DNA of 64,000 nucleotides from Kiritimatiellia bacterium (GTDB lineage: Bacteria; Verrucomicrobiota; Kiritimatiellia; JAAZAB01), in the NCBI GenBank assembly GCA_040767085.1, contig JAXGPF010000004.1:288001-352000 (forward strand). Direction: 5' to 3'. Under the pieces are notes generated by a model. The model was not told where the DNA came from and ran no database searches. It saw only the letters and a program-made list of their open reading frames with translations. Shown in pieces: positions 46,693 to 56,638 of this stretch (its first letter is position 1; each line of letters opens with the position of its first letter). Made by a program: the position numbers and the translations under genes.

Positions 46693-49600
46693 ATGGGCAT
46701 GAACCAGAACTATTTTTATGATTTCGATACCGAGCCGGAAATCGGGAATTGGGTTGCAACACGGCTGGCGCCCGGCCGATATACGATTTCCGCAACATTC
46801 ACCCCGCCGGCGGCCGGAGAGTATACGCTGCTGTTGGCGCCGCGGCATCCGACAGATAAATGGAAATTATTATCGCTGAAAGCCGCCGGCCGCGAATTCC
46901 AGGCTTGCGAATCCTCCATTGCATATGTCAGCCCCAACTCGTGCGGCGGCTGGCGGTACGCGTTTCATGTTTCCTTGCCGGCCGGCGCCCAGTCCCTGGA
47001 ATTGCGCGTGCAATCGAGCACGGAGGCGCCCGCGGCAGGATTTAAAGCCACCTGGATAAGCAATTCCATAATGACAACGCCATTAGCAAAAAATAATAAT
47101 GCGGCGCCGGCGTGTTTTCCTCCCGGGCAAACCGGGCCGGAGGCAGCCCGGACACAGGTTGACCTGGGAGCGTCTCCGGAACTAAAAGATTATCTCCCCG
47201 GGATTGGCACGGATGCGAGCCCCAGTGCCGGCCGGTTCGGCTACACCAAGGGCGATGGCGTGCTGGATTGCGCCATGCCGATGCTGGGCATCATCGACAA
47301 GATGTATCTCTGCGGCCACCCCCGGTACAACAAGCCATTCAAGTGGACTTATGCCGTGCTGCCGCCCGGCCTTGATCCGGCAACGGCCCGGCACGGTTCA
47401 ACGCCGCCGGCACAGGTGGGCCTGGAGAACGACAAGATCGCCGTCAACCACCTGTCCGTCCGATGGCAAGCCAGCTTTGCGGCCACGGCGGATTTTTTCG
47501 AACGTCAAGCCGGGGCAAAAGTTGATTTTGCCTGCACCTACTCGCTGGCATCGCCGGGCCTCCTGGTCGAAACCTCCGATCCGGGCCTCTCGCTTTCCAT
47601 GCTGGAATACGCCGGAAATTACCAATTCTTTCTGGTTCCCCTAAAAGGCGGCATACGGAGCGTGCCTTTGGATGGCGATTGCCCGCTGGCCGGCACGATG
47701 ACGGAAAACTGGCTGCTTTTGTTCGGCGCCACGGAATTTCCCGATGTGCCGATTCTGCTGGTGTTTACCCGGGAACCCGACGGCGTGCGGGCGCGGCGCA
47801 ATCGCTCCGGGCGTTTGACCGCGCTGGATTTTCACCTGCCGGCTGTCGCCGGACAAGATACAAAAGTATTCTGCGCGACGCCCTTCGGCATCGAGAGTTT
47901 CGATCCGGGAACCTTGTATGGAGCAAAATACATGGCCGATGCGATCCGCCGCTGCCGGTTCTGGTCGCGGGCGTTCCTTGCCTACCCGGTGAAATGCAGG
48001 GAATATTACCAGACGGATGAACCCGCCGGGCAGGTGAAAATCATCCAGAAATTCGAATATCGGAAACTTTCTGACGCGTGGGGAACGCCGCCATTAACGA
48101 CCGCACCGCTGCCGCCGCCTTTGACGCTTCTGGATGGCCGGGGGATTGTTGCGTTAGACCAGGCGGCCCATGATTACAGGTTCCCCACCAAGTACGGGTA
48201 TCTGAAAGGCGCGGTTGACCGCGATTATGCGGAGTATATCCTGCCGTGCATGCCGCGCGTCCGCCGGTTTCCCCTGCGCGATACGCGCGACCGGCAAATT
48301 CCGGACTTGCTGGCCGACGGCCTGGACGAATATTTCCGCTTCCACGAGCAGTTTGACCCGGACAAGCAGGCGTATCCTTATGCGGGGTCCGCGTTGGAGC
48401 CGTTTGCCTGGTCGGCATCGTTGTTTAATTTCATGGAACCGGAGGCCCGGCGGCGCCTGGCCGGAAAGCTTGCGGATCGACTGCCGTTTGCGTGCGATGC
48501 GGAGCGGCATTATGTTTACCCGGCGATCTGCTGGGGCGATTTCATGCGGGAGATGCCCGGGACTGACCGGGTATTGGAAATTTACCGCGACCCGGCCATG
48601 AAACATATCGAGCTTTTCAACTGGTACTGGCGCAAGGAGCCGTTTACCGGCCTGGCCTACCGGATTTGCTATCTGAATGTAGGCCTGTTTTCCAGCGGCA
48701 AGATCAAGACGGGCAGTCGTGCTGAAATTGCCGGACTGAAAATGCCCCTGATCGAGAATGATTGGGGCGCGGGATTGGCTTTTTACTACATTTATCTGGC
48801 GGCGCAAATTTCCGGTGATTATTCGGCCGTGCGCAAGCACTGGCAAACACTTTGCGATGGATTTGACTATTTTGCCAAATTGCATGACTGGGCCTGCATG
48901 GCCACCGCCTACAGCGACAATGGCATTGCCTGGATCGAAGGCGCCAATTACGGGGCATTTACCGCGTTTGTCAACCTGGCCGAAGCGGTGGGCGATCAGG
49001 ATGCATCCGCCAAGGGCGTTTATATCGCGGCCAAGCAGTTTGCCCTGCGCCTGGCGCAATTCGTTTCCGGCGCAACATATTTCTGCCGCTATCTTGATCA
49101 CCCGCCGTGGTATATTACCAAGTTGTTCCACGAGGAGGCCGCGCCCGGCGCCGGATTTCTGCATGTGCCGGAACTCTGGCGGGATGAATTTGCCGGGATA
49201 TACAATCTGACCACCGAAGGCATGTATCCGGAAGTGTTTGCCGGCTTAAATGAATTCCTGCCGCAAGAATGGCGCCTGGTGCGCGAGATGGCCCTGCAGG
49301 CTTATGCCGCCAATTTGAAAAACAGCGCCCTGCATGCATGGGGGGAAGTCCAGGGGTGCGCTTCATGCCTGATTGCCGCCGCGTTGGACGATGGTATGGC
49401 TGAGGAAAAATTATTGCGCGAAATTCGAGAGGTGGAAAGCCGCGGACATCTGCTTCAGGCATGGCGCGGCATCCACATTTACAGCCGGCTGTTGCCTCGC
49501 AATTATTTCAAATGCCAGTTGCTGGCCTGGCAAGCCAGCAAAACTCACCCGGCCTGGCTGGAATTCTGGACCAATACCGAAATAGAGCGCGCGGACTGGG

Positions 49601-49791
49601 ATTCTGGCCAGGAGTCCGCTATCATCGAATTCAAACTCCGTGGGAATCATGCCGTCATCCGGTTCGGCGTGCGGCGCAATCCGTCATCCGTGCGCTTGAA
49701 CGGACGAAAGCTTCATACATGGCAGGCGGAAAAACAAAAGCTGACTGTTTCCGCGGCCGAGGAAGGCCTTCTGGTATTATCTTTCGCTTGA
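46693..49791 (+). CDS. Large hypothetical protein (1032 aa), possible carbohydrate-active enzyme
   Basis: Long ORF at the end of a sugar-acid operon; no clear signal peptide; helical segment YIYLAAQISGDYSAVRKHW..L...FDYF resembles (alpha/alpha)6 toroid enzymes. Confidence 0.75.
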   Translation: MGMNQNYFYDFDTEPEIGNWVATRLAPGRYTISATFTPPAAGEYTLLLAPRHPTDKWKLLSLKAAGREFQACESSIAYVSPNSCGGWRYAFHVSLPAGAQSLELRVQSSTEAPAAGFKATWISNSIMTTPLAKNNNAAPACFPPGQTGPEAARTQVDLGASPELKDYLPGIGTDASPSAGRFGYTKGDGVLDCAMPMLGIIDKMYLCGHPRYNKPFKWTYAVLPPGLDPATARHGSTPPAQVGLENDKIAVNHLSVRWQASFAATADFFERQAGAKVDFACTYSLASPGLLVETSDPGLSLSMLEYAGNYQFFLVPLKGGIRSVPLDGDCPLAGTMTENWLLLFGATEFPDVPILLVFTREPDGVRARRNRSGRLTALDFHLPAVAGQDTKVFCATPFGIESFDPGTLYGAKYMADAIRRCRFWSRAFLAYPVKCREYYQTDEPAGQVKIIQKFEYRKLSDAWGTPPLTTAPLPPPLTLLDGRGIVALDQAAHDYRFPTKYGYLKGAVDRDYAEYILPCMPRVRRFPLRDTRDRQIPDLLADGLDEYFRFHEQFDPDKQAYPYAGSALEPFAWSASLFNFMEPEARRRLAGKLADRLPFACDAERHYVYPAICWGDFMREMPGTDRVLEIYRDPAMKHIELFNWYWRKEPFTGLAYRICYLNVGLFSSGKIKTGSRAEIAGLKMPLIENDWGAGLAFYYIYLAAQISGDYSAVRKHWQTLCDGFDYFAKLHDWACMATAYSDNGIAWIEGANYGAFTAFVNLAEAVGDQDASAKGVYIAAKQFALRLAQFVSGATYFCRYLDHPPWYITKLFHEEAAPGAGFLHVPELWRDEFAGIYNLTTEGMYPEVFAGLNEFLPQEWRLVREMALQAYAANLKNSALHAWGEVQGCASCLIAAALDDGMAEEKLLREIREVESRGHLLQAWRGIHIYSRLLPRNYFKCQLLAWQASKTHPAWLEFWTNTEIERADWDSGQESAIIEFKLRGNHAVIRFGVRRNPSSVRLNGRKLHTWQAEKQKLTVSAAEEGLLVLSFA

Positions 49792-49848
49792 CGCGCCGGC
49801 TTGGGCCATGCCGCCCTGCTGCGGCGTCCGGCCGGCCCTTAGCCCTGG

Positions 49849-52800
49849 TTACTCCACCGCCATCGTCACCCGCGAAACCAAGATCGGCCCATCGAGGCGC
49901 AGGATGCCGTCCCTCGGGTAATCCACGGCGAACCAGAGGTTGTATGTCCCGGGCGCAAGGGACATGTCCTGCGCCAAGATGATTTGCGGCAGGTTCATCA
50001 GCGGACCCTGGTACGCCGGCCGACAGTTGGCAAGATTGCCGTCAAACGGAATGAAAGCCATGTCGGTATTCAGGTAATACCAGAGGTTCCCGTCGTGCGC
50101 ATACGCCGCCACCCACCAGTCCACGTTGTGCCCGACATATTCAGCGGGCAGGTTCATCATTTCCACGGCAATCGTGACGGGTGTGCCGGCGGCAATACGC
50201 ACGTTGTCCCCCACCATCCCGTTGACGCTCACCAGCGGGCCGACCACCCCGGTGTAACCGCTGTCCGGCGCGCTGAATGAACTCGCACCGGCGGCATTCA
50301 CCGCCTTGATCCAGTAATAATATGTCGTCTGGCTCAGAGCCGTCAGATCATCATACCATTCGAGGACGGCCTGCCCGATTTTAGCGGCCACGCTGACATC
50401 GCGCGTGGTATGACGCCAGACTTCATACGATACCGCGCCGGCCGCGTAGTCCCAACTCATGCGCACTCTGTCCGGGTAAACGCCGTCGCTCGCGGAAACG
50501 CCGGTCGGGGTATCCGGCTGAGAGCCTGTTACCGTAACGCTGATGGATACTTGCGGAGCCGCGAGCCAGTTGTTATCGCCCGGCTGACTCGCCGCCACCA
50601 CGACCACACCCGTCCCGCGGAACGAAAGCACGTTGGCGGCGGAGATTTTGCCCGGGCCGGACACCACCGTGAAAAACACCGGCAGCCCGGAGGAGGCCGT
50701 GCCTGAAAGGTCCACCCGACTGGTTATTGTCTGCACCGGCACTGCCGGGAAGCAGATGGTTTGAACAGCTTTCGCCGCAACAACATAACCCGTGGCGACG
50801 GCAGCGGCATAAAGCGGATCACTGGCTTTTGCCGCCGCCACGACCACCGTCCCAACGCCGCTGGTGATCCAGAGGTTGGAACCGCCGACAATCTGGCCGG
50901 GTCCGGATTGGACGGCAAAAGCGATCGCGCCGCCGCCGGCTCCTCCTGCCGCCGCAAGGACATTGGTAGTATTATAGGTTTGCGGGCTGCCAGGATTGAA
51001 AGTCAGCGGCGGCTGGGACAATTTGAAAACGTTGAAAACATTGGCGACATTCAGTGCCGGCAGCCAGTTGGCATCGCCGGGTTGGCTGGCAATTACCGTG
51101 ACCTGGCCTGTGCCGGAAAAGACCAGCGTGGTCGGGCTGATGAAAAAGGCCGGCCCGCCGCCGCCCAGGGAAAACGCGACCGGATTGCCCGAAGATGCGC
51201 TGGCGCTCAAATTGAGCTGGTTGGTGATGAGTTGCGCGCCGGGGTTGGGAAATTGAATCGTCTGGCTGGCCCGGGCAATTGTCAAGGCCATCGTGCGAAG
51301 ATGGACCGTTCCCGACGTGACATTCGAAAACACAACTACCTGGGTATACGGGCCGGCGGGCATGGCCGCCGCCGCCGCGCCAATCGCCGCCACCACCTGC
51401 GTGCCGGACCAGGCCGGCAAGGCCACCCAGTTAGTGCTGACCGTAAGCCAGGGCGGCACGTTGCTTACCGTCCAGGCAACAGTGCCCGGGCTGGCGTTGG
51501 TGAGCCGGTATATTTTCTGGGTGGGACTGAACGGCCCGCCATACACGCCCTGAGCGGCCAGGCCGTCCCAGGGTGTGACCAGCGCCAGGATATCCACCCC
51601 GGCCAGGGCATTGCTCAGGTTGGGCAGCGGCCCGATATTGCCGGACAGGCCGAAGGTTTGGGCATAGCCGCTCTGCACCAGGTTCGACCGTAACATCAGC
51701 GGCGGCAGGTAGAAGCCGTAGTTGGCGCGCGCATAACTCTGAATGGCGCCGGCGATGGCGGCGGAAAGCGCGCTGCCGCTGGAAGTTCCGGAAAAAGTGC
51801 GGGTATAATTATCGGTCGCCGACGACCCGGCAAGGTCGCCGTAGGCCAGGGTGGCGACGCTCCAATCGCCCCACCCCTGGATATCCAGGCGGGAGCCATA
51901 ACACGAAAAGATGCAGCGCGCCCGGCTGGTGCTCTCTCCCGCGCCGACCATGATCGCGCCGGAATCGCGCGTGGCGCGCTGAAAGATGTTGCTCCAGCCG
52001 GCATTATCCAAATCCAGATTGCCATTGCCCGCCGGCTCGATGACGATCCGGTCCAGGGCCGTCGCATTGGCGATGGCGCTGTAAATATCCGCTCGGACTT
52101 CGACCGGGCAATAGTTGCCGAAGGTGCTGCTCGTCTCCTGTTGCTCCAGCAGGATGACGTCCCCGGGGGCAGTGCGCGCCACGGCTTGGTTGATGGCATC
52201 GGCAATAACCCAGAACCCGCTGGAAACGGAACTGATCATACTGACGGCGCCTTGATGAATAATGCCGTTCATACCGAATCCATTGCTCAGTGCGCCGCTG
52301 ATACCGACGCTGGCGGTCCCGTGGTCGGGGCCGTAATTGGTATAAAGATCGCCCCAGAGCAAATTCGTCGCGCGCATCTGGAGGTCTTCGTGGCCGAAGG
52401 TCCAATCATATTCGATATCAATCAGGCGCGCCTGCGACCCGTTGCCGCCGGGCTTGCTCCAGGCATAATTGACATCGTAGCCGTTGGTGGCTGCCGGCCC
52501 CAGATAAATCTGGTTGGTTGAAAGGTCCGGCGTTGGCGGCGGCAAAGGACGCGAGCGGGCATAGGCGGTTTCCACCAGGGAATTGGTCCGCAGGGCGTTC
52601 AACAAAGCGGCGGCGGCATGGTAATCCGGCACCGGCACATCGAAAAAAAGCGTCAAATCGGGCAAATCCGCCCCCACGCTGCGTTTGGCCGCGTCGTTCT
52701 CGCCGCGGAGCATGGCCGGCGCGCGCGAAAAGGTCGGCCGCGGGCTGGCGGCGCCGGCGGCCGCCAGCAGGCTGCGCAAAACCGCCAGTTGCTGGTCCTG

Positions 52801-53025
52801 TGCCGCCACCGGGGATTGGAAGAATCGCCCGGCGGCCAAGGTGCGGCTGATGGGAATGTCATTATGAAATTTCAGCACCACCACCCCGCCGTAGAATTCC
52901 CGCGGCGGCATGGGCGCGGGCGGGTCGTGCGTAAAAGAGCGATACAGAACCGCCCCGGCATTTCCGGCCATGCAACATACCATCAGCAACGCTACCGCCC
53001 GCGCCGTCAGGCAATGCGGTTTCAT
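49849..53025 (-). CDS. Secreted S8 serine peptidase with BACON/Ig-like, FN3 and C-terminal beta domains
   Basis: Signal peptide; triad IDIEY, DHGT, FSGTSS; oxyanion AGNG; two QTI.FP Ig-like repeats; FN3 (V.ASDG...W...Y.V.R...YYYWIKAVN). Confidence 0.88.
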   Translation of the reverse strand: MKPHCLTARAVALLMVCCMAGNAGAVLYRSFTHDPPAPMPPREFYGGVVVLKFHNDIPISRTLAAGRFFQSPVAAQDQQLAVLRSLLAAAGAASPRPTFSRAPAMLRGENDAAKRSVGADLPDLTLFFDVPVPDYHAAAALLNALRTNSLVETAYARSRPLPPPTPDLSTNQIYLGPAATNGYDVNYAWSKPGGNGSQARLIDIEYDWTFGHEDLQMRATNLLWGDLYTNYGPDHGTASVGISGALSNGFGMNGIIHQGAVSMISSVSSGFWVIADAINQAVARTAPGDVILLEQQETSSTFGNYCPVEVRADIYSAIANATALDRIVIEPAGNGNLDLDNAGWSNIFQRATRDSGAIMVGAGESTSRARCIFSCYGSRLDIQGWGDWSVATLAYGDLAGSSATDNYTRTFSGTSSGSALSAAIAGAIQSYARANYGFYLPPLMLRSNLVQSGYAQTFGLSGNIGPLPNLSNALAGVDILALVTPWDGLAAQGVYGGPFSPTQKIYRLTNASPGTVAWTVSNVPPWLTVSTNWVALPAWSGTQVVAAIGAAAAAMPAGPYTQVVVFSNVTSGTVHLRTMALTIARASQTIQFPNPGAQLITNQLNLSASASSGNPVAFSLGGGGPAFFISPTTLVFSGTGQVTVIASQPGDANWLPALNVANVFNVFKLSQPPLTFNPGSPQTYNTTNVLAAAGGAGGGAIAFAVQSGPGQIVGGSNLWITSGVGTVVVAAAKASDPLYAAAVATGYVVAAKAVQTICFPAVPVQTITSRVDLSGTASSGLPVFFTVVSGPGKISAANVLSFRGTGVVVVAASQPGDNNWLAAPQVSISVTVTGSQPDTPTGVSASDGVYPDRVRMSWDYAAGAVSYEVWRHTTRDVSVAAKIGQAVLEWYDDLTALSQTTYYYWIKAVNAAGASSFSAPDSGYTGVVGPLVSVNGMVGDNVRIAAGTPVTIAVEMMNLPAEYVGHNVDWWVAAYAHDGNLWYYLNTDMAFIPFDGNLANCRPAYQGPLMNLPQIILAQDMSLAPGTYNLWFAVDYPRDGILRLDGPILVSRVTMAVE

Positions 53026-53246
53026 GGTTGGTCCTGCTTATCATGAAGAATGTATGGTTAAACGCTACCTCCCTGGCTTGGATGTTGAACCGGAACCCGG
53101 CGGTTGTCAAGCAGTTTATTGCCCTATCCGCGCGCCCGCCAGGGCTGCAAAGGGGATAAATCCGCCCTGGGTGGGGACTGCATCGCTCCGCGAACGCGGA
53201 GTGATCTGGCGGCAACCGTTTGCGCTCAAAGCGCGCAATCTTCCGG

Positions 53247-54653
53247 TCAAAGCTCGTAGGCGTCGCCATATTCCGGAATGGCGGTGGGCCAGCCGCGGGC
53301 CTTCTTGAGGGCGGCCGCGAAGGACCGGGCGGCGTCTTCCTCGCCGTGGGTGATGAACACGCGGCGGGGCGCCTGTTGGACGCCGGCCAGCCATTCCAGC
53401 AGTTCTTCGCGGTCGGCATGCGCGGAAAATCCCTCAATGCGGGATACCTGCGCCTTGACCTCCAGAGTTTCCCCGAACAAGCGCACCTTGTCCGCGCCAT
53501 CCAGGATAATGCGGCCCAGCGTCCCGCGGGCCTGGTAGCCGACAAACAGGATGGTGCTTTCTTCACGCGGCAGGTTGGTTTTCAAATGATGCTTGATACG
53601 GCCGCCGGTGCACATGCCCGAGCCGGCGATAATGATGGCCGAACCGCGGATGCGGTTGATGGACTTGGATTCATCCGTCGTCCGGGTCAGGTGCAAATTG
53701 GGAAAATGCTCCATCAGTTTCCCGCCCTGCAGCAAAGCCTTGGTTTCGCGGTCAAACAACTCGGGATGCCGTTTAAACACCTCGGTGACGCTGATGGCCA
53801 TGGGGCTGTCCACGAAGATTTGCAGGTGCGGAATGCGGTCTTCCCGCAGCAGCGTCCCCAGGAAATATAAAAGCTCCTGGGTGCGCTCGACGGCGAAACT
53901 GGGAATCACGATATTGCCGCCGCGGCCGACGGTGGCGTTGATGACCTCCGCCAAGGCTGCGGGTATGTCCGCGGTAGCGCCATGCCGCCGGTCGCCGTAG
54001 GTGGATTCCACCTGGATGTAATCGGCGTCCATCGCGGGGTCCGGATCGCGCTGGATGGGCAGGTTTTTCCGGCCCATGTCGCCGGATAGCAGCACGCTGC
54101 GCGCCGTGCCGTCCGTGTCGCGCAATTCGAGGCGCAGGAAAGCGGAGCCGAAAATATGTCCGGCCTCGTAAAAAGCGGCCGTGATGCCCGGCGCGATTTC
54201 CACCGGCTCGCGGTAAGGCGCTTTGCGCAAAAGGCCGATGGCCTTCTCGGCGTCGGCGACATCGTAAAGCGGCTCGTAGGGATACGGGCTGACCCGACCT
54301 TCACGTTCATGGCGTTTCTGCTTGAATTTGATATCTTCCACCTGCAACCGGGCGGAATCCAGCATGATGATTTCCGCGATCCCCCGAGTAGCCGGCGTGC
54401 AGAACACCGGCCCGGAAAATCCCTCCTTCACCAGGCGCGGCAAGCGCCCGCAATGGTCAAGATGCGCGTGCGTCAGCACCGCCGCATCAATCGTCTGCAA
54501 ATCCTCCGGGAGCGGCTCCCAGTTGCGCTTTTTCAATTCGCGTTCCTGGAACATCCCGCAATCCACGATGACCCGGGCCCGGCTGGTGCTGAGCAAGGTG
54601 CAGGAGCCCGTCACATTCTTCGCCGCGCCGTAATATTTTATGTTAATGGACAT
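53247..54653 (-). CDS. MBL-fold beta-CASP ribonuclease
   Basis: GAA..VTGS, DCGMFQ, THAHLDHCG, AGHI.GS, SGD.G, ESTYG, GSGMCTGGRI.HH, FSAHAD, THGE. Confidence 0.93.
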   Translation of the reverse strand: MSINIKYYGAAKNVTGSCTLLSTSRARVIVDCGMFQERELKKRNWEPLPEDLQTIDAAVLTHAHLDHCGRLPRLVKEGFSGPVFCTPATRGIAEIIMLDSARLQVEDIKFKQKRHEREGRVSPYPYEPLYDVADAEKAIGLLRKAPYREPVEIAPGITAAFYEAGHIFGSAFLRLELRDTDGTARSVLLSGDMGRKNLPIQRDPDPAMDADYIQVESTYGDRRHGATADIPAALAEVINATVGRGGNIVIPSFAVERTQELLYFLGTLLREDRIPHLQIFVDSPMAISVTEVFKRHPELFDRETKALLQGGKLMEHFPNLHLTRTTDESKSINRIRGSAIIIAGSGMCTGGRIKHHLKTNLPREESTILFVGYQARGTLGRIILDGADKVRLFGETLEVKAQVSRIEGFSAHADREELLEWLAGVQQAPRRVFITHGEEDAARSFAAALKKARGWPTAIPEYGDAYEL

Positions 54654-54711
54654 TGTGTCTCCCAGGGATTGAACTCGCAACCGGCGCCGGCCGCGCCTTG
54701 GCCGCGGGTGA

Positions 54712-55617
54712 TCATGGTTGGCTGCTGTCGTGTTCGGCGTCGTAATTCCGGATTTTTTCGCGGATCGCCGGTTCGGCTTCCTGGTAAATCTCGCGGATAT
54801 CCGGATCGTTGAAGTTATAAACACGGTCTGCAAACCGGGTGCCGGCCAGCCTGTCAAACAGGCGCTGCCGCGCCCCGGCGATATCCTTGCCGTAAATGTG
54901 ATACGAATCGGCCTGCCAGTTCATCCGGCCGAGACGGACCATTTTACCGCGGCGCCGGGCCACTTCGGCGGCAATCACATCCCGGTTAAAGAGGGTAAAG
55001 CCGAACATATTCATGAAATTGGCGCCCCAGGCGTCATTGCTGCGGAACCGGATATTGCAATTCAGGCATTCCGTCCCCTGGTCATCCTCCACGATCCGAT
55101 ACCATATGGATTGCAGGCAGGGCGGATCGTAGCAATCCAGGTCCAGGTTCGGCATCCAGGTGATCATCTGCGCCTGGCGGGTAAATGGCTGGTCCGACAG
55201 CTTGGTAATCACCCGCTCGATCTGGTTGATGTCCATCGGGCCGGTCCACATGGATTGGCCATCCCGTTTCTCGCGCCATTGACCGTAATGCGCCAGGCGG
55301 CCGTGGTAGGTGTATTCCCAGCGGGTATCGTCGGGATCGTTTAAATTTTTGACCCAGTGATCCTTGATTCCCTGGACTTCCAGGGCATATTCATGCAAAT
55401 CCTCGATGCCGCCGGGAAAGGCCTTATGAATCATCGGGTCGGCCAGCGGGTCCAGGATGGTCATGTTCATCGTGCAATCCAGGCTGGGCGGATCGCCCAA
55501 CTTATCGTATTGCGTGCGGAACGGGATGCCGTGTTCATACAAGGCAATCAGGGCCTTTTCGTAAGCCTCCGCCAGGCTTTGCTCGCAGACAGTCAGTACC
55601 GGGATATTTCCCTGCAT
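54712..55617 (-). CDS. thyA: Thymidylate synthase, archaeal/methanogen-like type
   Basis: YTYHGRL, TRQA..ITW.P..D, catalytic PPCLQ, FRSND......MN, SYHIY. Confidence 0.82.
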   Translation of the reverse strand: MQGNIPVLTVCEQSLAEAYEKALIALYEHGIPFRTQYDKLGDPPSLDCTMNMTILDPLADPMIHKAFPGGIEDLHEYALEVQGIKDHWVKNLNDPDDTRWEYTYHGRLAHYGQWREKRDGQSMWTGPMDINQIERVITKLSDQPFTRQAQMITWMPNLDLDCYDPPCLQSIWYRIVEDDQGTECLNCNIRFRSNDAWGANFMNMFGFTLFNRDVIAAEVARRRGKMVRLGRMNWQADSYHIYGKDIAGARQRLFDRLAGTRFADRVYNFNDPDIREIYQEAEPAIREKIRNYDAEHDSSQP

Positions 55618-56123
55618 CAGTTTTTCTCCCTCAGGCGGGCCAGGCCCGCGTTACGGGCGGTGCCCCGCCCTCCTCGCGCCCTGCCGGACAGTTTACGCCT
55701 GCACCAATGATGATGATCACCGGTGAATGACCCCGGCAACCGGCGCGCTTGATCATTCAACAGCGCGCGGTAAGTTTATAAAACTCACTGGCCCATTAAA
55801 AGCAAATAATTTACCGGGGGGATCGTCTGCGGCCAACTTTGCCGGCAGCAGCTCCGGCATCTGCCTGCGTGACGCATGATCCGGCTATCAAACATAGATC
55901 AGGCAACTGACAAGTTCATGCCGGCTGGAAATGTCCAGCAGGCGGATTATTGCCGCTGCGTAATCCGCCGCTGAAAGCGCCGGATTGAAATGCGCTGGGC
56001 ATCCTGCCGCGTGAGCGCGCCTGGCGGCGGACAGCGCGGCGCGGGACGCCGGCCGCCGCCCGCATCTCCCTCCGCCGGCGGCAGGTAAATATGAATTTCC
56101 CGGCGGACGGCGCGCGAACAGGC

Positions 56124-56222
56124 CTAGGACAGTCCCAGGATCAACGCCGCCCAGCCGGCCAACTCACCCAGCAAACCGATGACGAAATCAATCACTGTGA
56201 TCATAATACCCGAATTTTGCAT
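56124..56222 (-). CDS. Candidate small hydrophobic protein (32 aa)
   Basis: MQNSGIMITVIDFVIGLLGELAGWAALILGLS*; below the track cutoff; no clear RBS. Confidence 0.3.
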   Translation of the reverse strand: MQNSGIMITVIDFVIGLLGELAGWAALILGLS

Positions 56223-56555
56223 GAATATTGGCGTTGAACTGATTTTAAGCAATAATAGAGCGTGCAAAATAATTTTTGCACGGTTATCCCCCGTCACCCA
56301 GATGGTTACACAAGCATAGTTTCAGAAAACGCCAATATTCCCCGGCAGCCGGCCGCGCGATCCGCCGTCGTTAAAACTATGGCGGACAAGTTTTTGGCGC
56401 AGGGCTTTGTTGCGCGGGGTTTTGCGGTATGTTTATACAGCGGCACCTCGCGCGCCGCGCCCTGCGCCAAACTTGCGCGGTGCAAAATCCGGGTAATAGC
56501 CGTCCTTATTAACCGCTTTCATAATCGAACCAGGACGTCTCGCCCCGCGCGGCGC

Positions 56556-56632
56556 TGGCGCGCCCGGCAGGACTTGAACCTGCAACCACCTGATCCGAAG
56601 TCAGGTGCTCTGTCCAATTGAGCTACGGGCGC
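56556..56632 (-). tRNA. tRNA-Arg(TCG)
   Basis: GCGCCCG acceptor, TAGCTCAATTGGACAGAGC, CCTGA-CT-TCG-GA-TCAGG, GGTTCAAGT, CCA; 77 nt. Confidence 0.96.
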
Positions 56633-56638
56633 ATCCAA

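Noticed and set aside
55620-55760. THF riboswitch upstream of thyA
   Set aside because: GC-rich stems are present but THF aptamer consensus motifs were not recognisable.
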